A DNA stretch of 64,000 nucleotides, from NCBI GenBank assembly GCA_043228905.1, contig JBHGNT010000002.1:7192001-7256000 (forward strand), in the 5' to 3' direction. Shown here one piece after another: positions 50,601 through 61,162 of this stretch. The position numbers were made by a program, and so were the translations under genes. This DNA comes from Azolla caroliniana. Lineage: Eukaryota > Plantae > Polypodiophyta. Numbering within the stretch: position 1 is the stretch's first letter; the number at the start of each line of letters is the position of its first letter. The notes under the pieces were generated by a model. The model was not told the DNA's origin and searched no databases. It saw only the letters and a program-made list of their open reading frames with translations.

Positions 50601-53600
50601 CCCAGGATGAGGAACGCCAGTTTCGTCAAGCAATCCAGTGCACGATTTGCTTGAACTCGGGGCATTCCGTAGTGGAGTGCAATATGCGCATCCATTGCCC
50701 AATCAGCCACTCGAAGTCTCACACAGTCAACCAATGCGAATACAATATATTGAACAGAGCCACTCCTGCAGTCCGCAGCATGGACACCCAACGTCCACCA
50801 CACTGGACTGAACAAAGGAGGCAAGAAGACCGACCACGGTATAGGGATCGCAACCCACGAGATGACCGGCACCACCGGAATCGCCAAAATCAGAACGATT
50901 CTGAGGAGGACGAACCAGAGGACGAGGATTATCGTGGACATCCGAGTTATGCTAAAGGGGGTTGGCGCTACAAGAATCACCGGCCGACAAACAAACGGGC
51001 GGCTTCAATGGTTATCGTGGTAAGCCACAACAATATTGAGATCACCGGCGTTACGACGAAAGCTCGAGCGATGAGCAACACCAAAAACAACGACGAGACC
51101 AACAACAACCACCGCGTACGTTCCGACAAACGAGGCCGGACCGCGAGGAGCAAGTAGCACCAGGGGAGCGGCACACACCACCAAAAGCCAAGAAAGGGGA
51201 ATCAAGCATCCATTGTTTTATTTGTCAGCAACCCGGACATTTTGCCACGCAATGCCCAACACGCAAGGGAAAGGGGCCCGCTGTCAATACGATTACGGGG
51301 GAAGTGCAGCAAGTCACGACACGCCAACAATAAAAAATGGTTGATTGGGTTGCGCAAGACGAGATACACCGATAAGCCCAAGCATGGGTGGAAAAAGCAA
51401 ACGCGACAAATACAGAACGCATGCAGAAGGAGTCCGCGAACACAATGGAGCGAGCAGAGGACGAAAGACGGGTCCCGGACCCCATTTGGCAGGCGTTAGC
51501 AGGCTGTGAGATAACATTAACCATGGAGAAATTGTTGCAGCTGGTCCCACGCTTCCACCAAACCATGGAAAAACGGGTGACAAGCATACTCGGGGTGAGT
51601 GTCGCTACAAACCTTTACAGACGTTAGCGATGGACCGCTGGTAGTGGATCAGCACAACCCGACTATTACAGTAATATTACACGGACAGGAAATTCCTGGA
51701 TGTGTAATCAACGGTAGCTCGGGCGTCAATGTAATTAACGTGAAAACTTGCGAGCAGTTAGGCATTTCAGAATGGGGGGCTTGCCCATTCTGGCTCCGAA
51801 TGGCAGATACTCGCTCAGTACGACCATTGGGGTTAATTCGCAAAATAGGCATTATCGTGGGCGGACACTGCTTCGACATCTCGACGGTCGTCCTCGCTTT
51901 GGACGCCCCAGGGGCGTACCCAGTGCTTCTGGGCAGACCATGGCTTCGGGCACAAATATCAAGCAGAGCTGGCAACACAAGTGTATCAGTTTCCGACACG
52001 GACGCACCAAGGTTCGCGTACCTACGGAAGGAAGCACACCACAACCCAAGGGTATAACACCATTATACGCAGAAGATATAAATATGTTGGCTGGGGTGGA
52101 GGATGCAGAATTAGCGGCATACCTAGATGAGCACCAACGGATCATTCCGCTATTCGAAATCGACGTCATTGCAACCGCGGCAGGATATGCCACGGCCACT
52201 ATGCTCCACAACGAGGCTTACGAACCAAACCTAGAGTCCATATTGGAAATCAGTAGAGCACGGGTGGCATTCGAAAGGGAAATGGAGATTTCACAACGAG
52301 TCACCGCTTCCGCCCTAGAAGAAGTAAATGTGGGTACGGAATCGGAGCCCCGTTTCCTCTCCATTGCAAAGGAATTAAGGCCGGACCAGCGAAACACGAT
52401 GATCGCACTACTCACGGAATATAAGGATGTGTTCGCTTGGGCTCACGAGGACATGAAGGGGTTAGATCCCAAGTTCTATCAGCATAAGATCAATTTAGCA
52501 ACCGACGCGAAACCCGTCCAGCAGTGCCGCTACCGCATGAACCCGAACTACGCGACCCGCGTGAAAGAAGAAATTGACAAGCTCCTGAAGGCGGTGTTCA
52601 TATGACCAATTAAACAAGCGACATGGTTAAGCCCGATAGTGGTCGTTCTAAAGAAAAATGGCAAAATACGAGTATGCGTAGATTACCGAAAATTAAACGC
52701 CGTAACCATTACGGACGCATTTCCCTTACCCTTCACCAATAGCATACTACACACCGTTGCAGGTCATGAGATGTACAGTTTTTTAGATGGCTTCAGTGGC
52801 TATAACCAAGTATGCATGCATCCCGAGGACCAAGAAAAGACAACATTTGTCACGGACTGGGGAGTATATGTGGCAGTTGTCATGATGTTCGGGCTAAAGA
52901 GGGCGCCGTCAACATTTCAACGGACAATTACGGAGATCTTTGGGGAATACATTCCGGCGTTCATGCAAGTTTTTCTAGACGACTTTGCGGTATATGGGAG
53001 AACAATAGACCATTTTACGCACTTACAGCTATGCCTGGAACGTTGCCGCACCGCACGCTTAAGCCTGAATCCCGCGAAATGTGCTTTCGGCGTGACCAAC
53101 GGGACTCTCCTGGGCCATATAGTCAGCAGGGAGGGAATAGCGGTTGATCCGAACAAGATCTCTGCGATTACGCAAGCCAAAACTCCGACAAACGCCAAAT
53201 CGCTCAGCCGGTTTTCAGGACAAATACGGTGGCATAGTCGGATGATACGGTATTTGGCGGACTTCGCCACGCTGTTACATGCTACCATATATCGGACTCC
53301 TTTCCAATGGACTGCAACGGAGGATAAGGCCTATGAGGCACTTAAGATAATGCTCACGCAGGCTCCCGTCGTACAACCACCAGTTTGGGCAAAGCCATTC
53401 CACATGTTCGTCGACGCCTCCGACATAGCAATAGGAAGTGCACTAATGCAACTCACCGAACCAAACTGGTACCGGCCAGTATACTACGCTAGTCGCAAAT
53501 TATCAACAGCAGAGCGTAACTATTCCACAACGGAGTGGGAGGCGCTAGGGATGATCTATAGCATCAATAAATTCTAGCATTATTTATTAGGAAGGAAATT

Positions 53601-55245
53601 CACGTTCCACGTGGATCATTCAGCGCTGCTGTATTTGGTGGAGAAACAAGCCCTGATAGGGAAATTGGCGCGGTGGATGCTGCAGCTCCAGGAATTCGAT
53701 TTCGCAATCCAGCACCGACCAGGGACGCAACATGCAGTGGCGGATTTTTTGAGCAAACTCGAGAATGGAGAAACAGTACAGAAAGATGACGACGATTTTC
53801 CGGATGCCGATATCCTGCGGGTAGCAGCACTAGCAGAAAGAACGGAATCGACCTTTCCGGACTGGTGGCTTATGGAAATGACGTACTTTTTAACTACGGG
53901 ACTGCCTCCACCACAATTACACACAGACGAGAAGAAACGACTCGCCGTCCGAAGCCGTCACTTCTGCCTTGTCGAAGGCGTTTTATATCACAAAGGAAGT
54001 GACGGCATTTGGCGACGTGGGGTACGTTAGGATGAGAAGGAAGCAGTTTTACGGGAGGCACACTGCGGCACGACAGGCAGCCATTACGCGGGCGACGTTA
54101 CAGCCCGAAAAGTATGGCAGGCGGGCTTATGGTGGCCAACAATGCAGAAGGACGCATCCGAGTATTGTAGAAAGTGTGATTTGTGTTAACGGATGGGCCA
54201 GCCCGCGGAGGGCGCAAGGATGCCACACCAGCCCGTATTACCGCTAGACCCCTTCCAAAAGTGGGGATTGGATTTTGTGGGCCCCTTCACATCGACGGCA
54301 GCCCGTACGGGCAATAAATACATATTGGTAGCCACGGATTATTGCAGCAAGTGGGTAGAAGCAAAGGCACTACGGGAAAATACGGCGGCCCTCATAGCTA
54401 GATTCCTTTACGAGCACATCTGGTGCCGGTTCGGCTATCCGATTGAGCTCATCAGTGACCAGGGGAGTCATTTTCTCAATACTGTGGTTCAGGAACTAAC
54501 ACATCATTACGCCGTAGTCCATAAGAAGAGTACGCCATAATATCCGCAGGCGAATGGATTAGCATAATCCACCAACAAAATGTTGCAGACCATTTTGAAG
54601 AAAATCGTCAATGAAAATAGAACGGACTGGGATACTAAATTACAGAGTGCGTTATGGGCGTACAGAACCAGCTTCAAAACAAGCATACAGTCAACACCGT
54701 TTCGACTAGCGTTTGGGCTGGAGGCTGTGATGTCGGTCGAATTTCAGGTACCCAGCTTGCGAATTTAGGTACGGAACCGACTATTAGAGGCCAAGTCGGA
54801 GGAGGTACGGCTCCAACAACTCCTTGAACTCGGGGAAAAACGTACACAGCATGGCTGTGTTGGAGCAGGAACGACGGCGTAAAGCGTTTGTGGATCGACA
54901 TCGAAACGCAAAGGAAAAGGAGTTCACCGTGGGTCGAGCGGTGCTGGTTTTCCAAACTCGCATGGGCCATATGCCAGGGAAGTTACGATTCCGTTGGACC
55001 GGTCCATACTGGATAATTGGAGCGGAACAAGGCACGTTCCAACTAGGTACGCTAGCCGGGGAAGTAGTACGGCAAAAGGTGAATGGGTTTCAGCTCAAAC
55101 CTTACCTGGGCCCTACGCCACCTAACCCATTCACCGTCGAACAGGACAAAGCCGAAGAACCCACAACGTAAATGGACGGCCCCACTTGTACCATAATGTA
55201 AAAATAGGTTGTAGATAACTGTTATGAAAAAATAAAAATAAAAAT
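43803..55245 (+). mobile_element. Non-chromovirus Gypsy (Athila/Tat-related), decayed, 3' LTR missing
   Basis: LTR 43803-44240 (TGTTGTC...GGCAACA). PBS TGGCACGCCTGGTG at 44245-44258 (tRNA-Arg-type). gag 50057-, PR (INGSSGVNVI...LLGRPWL), RT SFLDGFSGYNQ/FLDD, RH VDASDIAIG, INT WGLDFVGP/ISDQG, RWTGPY. No chromodomain. Confidence 0.9.
44379..49902 (-). mobile_element. Non-autonomous gag-only LTR element (LARD/TR-GAG-like) with tRNA-Trp PBS
   Basis: LTRs 44379-45213 and 49098-49902. 4-bp TSD ACGC. PBS 49076-49093 matches the plant tRNA-Trp 3' end (TTCACGTCGGGTTCACCA, recalled) with 1 mismatch. PPT 45214-45225. gag-like ORF from 49061 with stops. No RT/RH motifs found. Confidence 0.9.
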
Positions 55246-55603
55246 AGAGTTCGCTCTATGTTTCATCATGAACATTCCGCCACGGTCGGAGTTGTATGCG
55301 TACATTCCGCCATGATCCTTGTAGTCGGAGTTGTGCCCGTACATTCCGCTATACTCTTCGTAGTCGGAATTGTGCGCGTAATTTGTGAGTTGTCAGCTTG
55401 TAGAAGCTGATTCACGCATCTTCTTTTGGCACTCTTCTTCGTGGTGGCCGAGCTTTCCACAATATCCGCATTCGGTTGCGTTTTGACAGTTCGGGCCGGT
55501 GTCATGAATAGTACTGAGACAGAGAAGGAATTAGTACTAAACGAAGGATTAGTACTATGAGAGGTGTGGAACTTCTTCGAGAGAAGGAAGAAGTGAGCGA
55601 GAC

Positions 55604-55644
<41 letters not shown>

Positions 55645-55931
55645 TGATAAGAAAGATATTTATTATATGAAGAGAATATACAACGGTGGCTAAAAGGCTT
55701 AAGACTGGCGTTGAACCAATTTGGTTCAACATAATGCCTAGTGCCCTCTTTTATAGTGTTTTCAGGAGTAATCCTGAAGCTTCTAGAATGTTCCAGAGAA
55801 ATCTGGAATATACACTAATTTCCTATAATAAAATGTAAATGAAAATAATATCCTACGTATTACAATAGATGGTCTAATGGTCAAGAGCTCGACCCATATA
55901 ACCTAAGGTCATGGGTTCGAGTCTTGCCATA

Positions 55932-58900
55932 TCATGACACTATCCCCCCTTTAAAACGACGAGTGTCACGAGTCGTCTTGGATTGAGGACCCGGTTTGTG
56001 TGGATATTGACGATGGAAGTCTTCAAGAAGAGCACGAGCATTGGTTACATTCTCGATCGGTTCCCAAGTACGTTCGCTGGGACTATAGCCTAGCCAATCG
56101 ACTAGATAGTAGAGCTTGTTGCGAACAATCTTGGAATCAAGAATGGCGGCAACCTCGTACTCCGGCCCATCTTCAAGCTCGATCAGGGGTGGAGGTTGGA
56201 TAAGACGTTCTGGGATGGTGCTCTCGTGGTAGGGTTCGAAGAGAGAACTATGAAACACCAGATGTATCCGAAGTTGAGGAGGTAGATCGAGACGAAAAGC
56301 AACATCATTAATCTTTCCAATAATACGGAAAGGACCTAATCGCCGATAATCCAACTTCTCACATGGGCGAGTAGTCTTGATGTGTCGTCGTAGCAACCAC
56401 ACCCGATCTCCAATATTAAAACTAGATGGAAATCGATGACGATCCGCGTAGACCTTGTGTGTTTGTTGAGCTTGCTGGAGATGAGTAGATAAATCCGCTT
56501 GTATCTTGCGTAACCGCTCCAAACGATCCTCCGCGCACGGATTTGTGGACACCTCTGGGGTTTCAAGTACACTCCACCGGGGGTGACATCCCGTATAAGC
56601 ATAAAATGGCGTAACTTTAGTGGATGCGTGGATAGAGTTGTTATAGGCAAATTCGGCGAAGTGGAGAATATCTGCCCAGTCGTCCTGATGATAGCTGAGA
56701 AAGCACCGCAGATACTGCTCCAACGTTTGATTTGTTCGTTCAGCTTGGCCGTCAGTTTGTGGGTGGTAGCCGGAAGAGAGGTTACAAGTGACCTTGAGCA
56801 TGTTAAAAAGGTGCTTCCAGAATTTTGACACGAACTGGGGTCCACGGTCGCTGATGATACTATCGGGGAGTCCATGATGCCGACATACTTCACGCATGAC
56901 AATTTCGGCAGTGTCTTCACTGGAGATCTCCTTAGTACATGGCAAGAAATGAGCCATCTTCGTATATCGATCGACCACCGTTAGAATCGCATTGAACCCC
57001 TTAGAGACTGGAAGATCTGTGATGAAGTCTAGAGCAATGGATTGCCACGGCTTGCTTGGAATTGATAATGGTTCTAATAAACCATATGGATGATGCCTTG
57101 GCATTTTCGCTCTGCAACATGTATCACAAGTCCGAACAAAATCCTCGACAAATTGTCGCATACAGGGCCACCAGAATGATCGTTGTACTAAATGTAATGT
57201 TTTAGTACTACCAAAATGCCCAGCTGTATATGTGTCATGACAGTTTTGTACTACTCGAAGGCGGCAAGAACCATTAGGAACATACAAAAGTTCTTTAAAG
57301 AAGAGTAATCCATCATGGTATTTGAATTGCCGATAGTCCGTACCTGGTGGTTGCGATTGTGAACACGACGCTCGAGAGGGATCAATTTGTGCTAGTATAG
57401 CTTGGGCGAACGCATCTGTCTTCAAGTCTTCACGTATGGTATCGATAACGCGGGAATCCATAGGCATGTCAAAGATTTGTGTTGCTTGTAATCGTGCCGG
57501 TCCCAAGATGACTTGTTTTTGGTTATCGAAAGCTGGCTCGCCGGGACGGGGTGCTAGATACGAACGCCGTGATAATGCATCTGCCTTCCCTTGGTGCCTC
57601 CCCGGACGATATGTAATTTTGAAGTCGAAACGCGTGAGGAAGTGGGCCCACCGAGCTTGACGTCGATTCAACACACGAGCATCCTGAAAGTAGGCAAGAT
57701 TCTTGTGGTCACTAAATACGGTGACTGGATGAGAGGATCCCTCCAGAAAGTGTCTCCATTGCATAAAAGAATCCACTATTGCCAATAGCTCCTTATCATG
57801 GATTTCGTAGTTGATTTCGGTGGCATCAAACTTGCGTGAGTGAAAAGCCACAGGATGTAGCTTTTCATCATTCCCCTGTTGTGACAGAATGCTCCCCAAT
57901 GCAAAATCCGATGCGTCAGCTTCGATAATGGATGGTTTCTCCGGATCGACATGAGCTAGAATTGGAGCCGATGTAAATGCTTTTTTAAGACTCTCGAAAG
58001 CCACGTCCGTTTCTTCAGACCAGGTGAACGGTTGTCCCTTCCTGGTAAGTTGTGTGAGAGGTAGAACGATCTTTGAGTAATCCTGTATGAACTTCCGGTA
58101 AAAATTGGCAAAGCCTAAGAAGCATTGCACATCCCGTACCGAACGCGGAGTCTGCCATTCTACCACCGTTCTGACCTTAGCTGGGTCCATGGAGATGCCT
58201 TCTGACGAAATGATGTAGCCGAGAAATTCCACTTGGTTGCACCCGAAACTACATTTTTCTAGCTTTGCATACAGACCATGTTCTCGAAGTCGTTTTAGTA
58301 CTAATAGTACATGAGAATCATGTTCTTCTTGGGTCTTTGAATAAACCAGTAGATCATCCAAATAGATGATCAAACAATCATCCAATAGATCTCGGAATAT
58401 ATCATTAGCCATGTGCTGGAAGACTGCCGGCGCATTAGTGAGGCCGAACGGCATGACAGTATACTCGAAGTGCCCATATCTGGTGCGAAACGCGGTCTTC
58501 CATTCGTCTCCTGGTCGGATCCGTACGAGGTTATATGCTCCCCGTAAGTCGATCTTCGTGAAGAACCTGGCACCATTGATCCGTTCTAAAAGACTTGAGA
58601 TAAGGGGAAGAGCATACCTATTCCTGATTGTAACCTTATTCAAGCCACGGTAATCTACAACGAGACGAAGCGATCCATCTTTTTTCTTGACGAAGAAAAT
58701 GGGCGCACCGGCTGGAGATTTCGAATGCCGAATGAAACCATTTTCCAAATTCTCCTCTATATAGGCCCGAAGGACTTCCAGCTCGGTTGGTGACAAATTG
58801 TAGATCGGTCCCCATGGCGGCTCTTTTCCCGGTTGTAAATCGATGGGGCAATCGTACGGTCGATGATGAGGAAGTGTGTTGGCTTGTACTTTATCGAACA

Positions 58901-59489
58901 CATCAGTGTAATGGCGATACTTCTCGGGAAGTTGAACGGTGGATTCTTCTTTAGTGGTGTTGGAGGGGTTTACTGATATTGCAAAGAGGAACATTTCCTC
59001 CTTGTGCCCTTCTTTACGCAACTGACGTAGCGAAATGGTTGCCATCTTCTGAGTTGACCCTTGGGTTTGTCGACACCGGATTTCTCTTGTTCTCCAATCT
59101 ATGTCAGGGTTATGTAACTCGAACCACGGTAGTCCTAAAACTATAGGATGTTCTGGGATACTAATAATATTAAATGATACTACACATACTAAGTTATCTA
59201 GGACAATATTAATGGGCTCTGACTCTTCTAGGATATTTCCGGAAGCAATGGGACGTCCATCAATGACTACTACAGAGGCTGGACACTGGAGTTTTCTTAG
59301 GGATATCTTATGAGCTTGAGCAAATTTCTTATCCATAAAGCAAGAGTTAGCTCCGGAATCTAGGAGTGCTAGGACATGTACTGGAGGGGTACTTTTAGTA
59401 CTAACTATTACTTGGGCTACGAACACATCACTAACTTGCTTAGAGGGAATGGAACCACTAATGGGCTGCACAGATCTAGGGCTGTCCAA
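55932..59489 (-). CDS. pol: Pol of chromovirus B (PR-RT-RH-INT-chromodomain), in the -1 frame relative to gag
   Basis: 1185-aa ORF. LLDSGA, YLDD, EADASDFALG, HHCC zinc finger, DFITDLP/ISDRG/AERTNQ, LGPFRI, YEVAAILDS...YLVDWLGY...TWEP. The stop lies within the 3' LTR. Confidence 0.96.
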   Translation of the reverse strand: MDSPRSVQPISGSIPSKQVSDVFVAQVIVSTKSTPPVHVLALLDSGANSCFMDKKFAQAHKISLRKLQCPASVVVIDGRPIASGNILEESEPINIVLDNLVCVVSFNIISIPEHPIVLGLPWFELHNPDIDWRTREIRCRQTQGSTQKMATISLRQLRKEGHKEEMFLFAISVNPSNTTKEESTVQLPEKYRHYTDVFDKVQANTLPHHRPYDCPIDLQPGKEPPWGPIYNLSPTELEVLRAYIEENLENGFIRHSKSPAGAPIFFVKKKDGSLRLVVDYRGLNKVTIRNRYALPLISSLLERINGARFFTKIDLRGAYNLVRIRPGDEWKTAFRTRYGHFEYTVMPFGLTNAPAVFQHMANDIFRDLLDDCLIIYLDDLLVYSKTQEEHDSHVLLVLKRLREHGLYAKLEKCSFGCNQVEFLGYIISSEGISMDPAKVRTVVEWQTPRSVRDVQCFLGFANFYRKFIQDYSKIVLPLTQLTRKGQPFTWSEETDVAFESLKKAFTSAPILAHVDPEKPSIIEADASDFALGSILSQQGNDEKLHPVAFHSRKFDATEINYEIHDKELLAIVDSFMQWRHFLEGSSHPVTVFSDHKNLAYFQDARVLNRRQARWAHFLTRFDFKITYRPGRHQGKADALSRRSYLAPRPGEPAFDNQKQVILGPARLQATQIFDMPMDSRVIDTIREDLKTDAFAQAILAQIDPSRASCSQSQPPGTDYRQFKYHDGLLFFKELLYVPNGSCRLRVVQNCHDTYTAGHFGSTKTLHLVQRSFWWPCMRQFVEDFVRTCDTCCRAKMPRHHPYGLLEPLSIPSKPWQSIALDFITDLPVSKGFNAILTVVDRYTKMAHFLPCTKEISSEDTAEIVMREVCRHHGLPDSIISDRGPQFVSKFWKHLFNMLKVTCNLSSGYHPQTDGQAERTNQTLEQYLRCFLSYHQDDWADILHFAEFAYNNSIHASTKVTPFYAYTGCHPRWSVLETPEVSTNPCAEDRLERLRKIQADLSTHLQQAQQTHKVYADRHRFPSSFNIGDRVWLLRRHIKTTRPCEKLDYRRLGPFRIIGKINDVAFRLDLPPQLRIHLVFHSSLFEPYHESTIPERLIQPPPLIELEDGPEYEVAAILDSKIVRNKLYYLVDWLGYSPSERTWEPIENVTNARALLEDFHRQYPHKPGPQSKTTRDTRRFKGGIVS

Positions 59490-59528
59490 CCAAACGGTTC
59501 CTATTTTGGCTGGACTTAGTCGTTTAAC
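59477..59528 (-). promoter_or_regulatory. Putative -1 programmed ribosomal frameshift signal (G_UUA_AAC + 11-bp stem)
   Basis: Slippery heptamer, 6-nt spacer, then GTCCAGCCAAA/TTTGGTTGGAC stem. Conserved in element A at 36249-36300. Confidence 0.75.
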
Positions 59529-60667
59529 TCTTCTTCTAACTGACTAAGGACATCAAATTTGTTTGCTAGATCTGGGATATTAGTACTATTAGGACTATCA
59601 GATATCCCTACTGAAATAGGTTCGGATTTAGTACAATTAGAACTAGCGACTATTTGGTTTACCTGTCTTCTTGGCCTATGGGGGCAATTTATTGCGATAT
59701 GTCCTGGTCCACCGCAGTAAAGACATAGTCGATTTGTACGGCGTCGCTGCTTTTCTTCTTCGGATAATGGCCCTCGACGACATGTAGTGTCAATCTCCAT
59801 CGAAGTCGGAGTATTCGCTGGAGACGCAATATATGACTCCCTCGGAAAAGGTCTTGCTACCACTGAGGCGTAGGTGGGCTCTGATCTTGCCCTCGGCATC
59901 TGTAGCTGTCGTTCCGAACGTCGCTCAAAGAGGCGGTTGTCACATCTCACCGCGCGACTGATTGCTTCTGTTAAGGACTTTGGCTCTTCGGGGAAGGTCA
60001 AGAGTAAATCCTTGACGTCGTTGCGTAAACCATAACGGTATTGCTCCATCAACGCTTGATCATCCCAAGGGATATCGGCGGCGAGTAGGCGAAAATCTGC
60101 AGCGTATGCGGAGGCTGGACGGTCACCTTGGCGTAATCGCCGGATTTTGTTGATTGCGGTCCTGATGCTGTCAGTATCTCCGAAACATGCTTTAAACTCA
60201 CCTAGAAACTCTTCAAAATTGTTGAGTAACGGAGATTCCTTTTCTAATAGTGGAGCGAACCATGACAACGCTGAGCCACTTAACAAAGTGCCTACTAAAC
60301 CCACTCGTGATGCATCGGTGGGATATCGGGAAGGATGCATTTGAATAACTAATCGTACCTGGTTAAGGAACCCTCTAAACTGCGATCGCGTTCCATCGAA
60401 CTTCGTGGGAAGGTCAATCTTAGGTTCTTTATGAATCCCTTGTGTTCCGGGCCCATGTTGTTGCATCGCTACGATGGTGGCTTCGAGTTGTTGCATGCGT
60501 AACGCAAGTTCCCCATGTTGTTGTTGCGTTTGCTGCTTTTCTAAGGAGATTTGCTGAAGATCCCCCAGCAACCGTTGGTTTTCTTGTTCCAAAGCATGGA
60601 ACTTCTCCTTCAAGCATTGGAATTCCGAGAAAACAGATTGATATTCTTCAGCGCTAACAGTGGCCAT
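59516..60667 (-). CDS. gag: Gag of chromovirus B (coiled coil, capsid, CCHC knuckle)
   Basis: 383-aa ORF. PTKFDGTRSQFRGFLNQ, LRQGDRPASAYAADF, YRYGLRNDVKD, CLYCGGPGHIAINC. Confidence 0.95.
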   Translation of the reverse strand: MATVSAEEYQSVFSEFQCLKEKFHALEQENQRLLGDLQQISLEKQQTQQQHGELALRMQQLEATIVAMQQHGPGTQGIHKEPKIDLPTKFDGTRSQFRGFLNQVRLVIQMHPSRYPTDASRVGLVGTLLSGSALSWFAPLLEKESPLLNNFEEFLGEFKACFGDTDSIRTAINKIRRLRQGDRPASAYAADFRLLAADIPWDDQALMEQYRYGLRNDVKDLLLTFPEEPKSLTEAISRAVRCDNRLFERRSERQLQMPRARSEPTYASVVARPFPRESYIASPANTPTSMEIDTTCRRGPLSEEEKQRRRTNRLCLYCGGPGHIAINCPHRPRRQVNQIVASSNCTKSEPISVGISDSPNSTNIPDLANKFDVLSQLEEELND

Positions 60668-60726
60668 GGGATGAAAGAAAAGAGAAATAAAAGATTAGTA
60701 GGAAATGAGAGAGACAGAAGGTAGGC

Positions 60727-60738
60727 AAATTGGTTCAA
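60727..60738 (-). promoter_or_regulatory. Self-priming-type primer binding site of chromovirus B
   Basis: TTGAACCAATTT lies 2 nt after the 5' LTR and is complementary to AAATTGGTTCAA 33 nt downstream of the LTR TATA box. There is no TGG tRNA-type start. Confidence 0.75.
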
Positions 60739-60844
60739 ACTGTCATGAACAGTACTGAGATAGAGAAGGAATTAGTACTAAACGAAGGATTAGTACTATG
60801 AGAGGTGTGGAACTTCTTCGAGAGAAGGAAGAAGTGAGCGAGAC

Positions 60845-60876
<32 letters not shown>

Positions 60877-61108
60877 TGAGTGATGATAAGAAAGATATTT
60901 ATTATATGAAGAGAATATACAACGGTGGCTAAAAGGCTTAAGACTGGCGTTGAACCAATTTGGTTCAACATAATGCCTAGTGCCCTCTTTTATAGTGTTT
61001 TCAGGAGTAATCCTGAAGCTTCTAGAATGTTCCAGAGAAATCTGGAATATACACTAATTTCCTATAATAAAATGTAAATGAAAATAATATCCTACGTATT
61101 ACAATAGA

Positions 61109-61162
61109 TGGTCTAATGGTCAAGAGCTCGACCCATATAACCTAAGGTCATGGGTTCGAGTC
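61109..61162 (+). promoter_or_regulatory. tRNA-like A-box/B-box (Pol III type-2 promoter-like) module in the chromovirus LTR, antisense to the element
   Basis: TGGTCTAATGG, 33 nt, GGTTCGAGTC. Also at 55870-55923 (+), 34559-34612 (-) and 63929-63982 (-). Confidence 0.6.
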
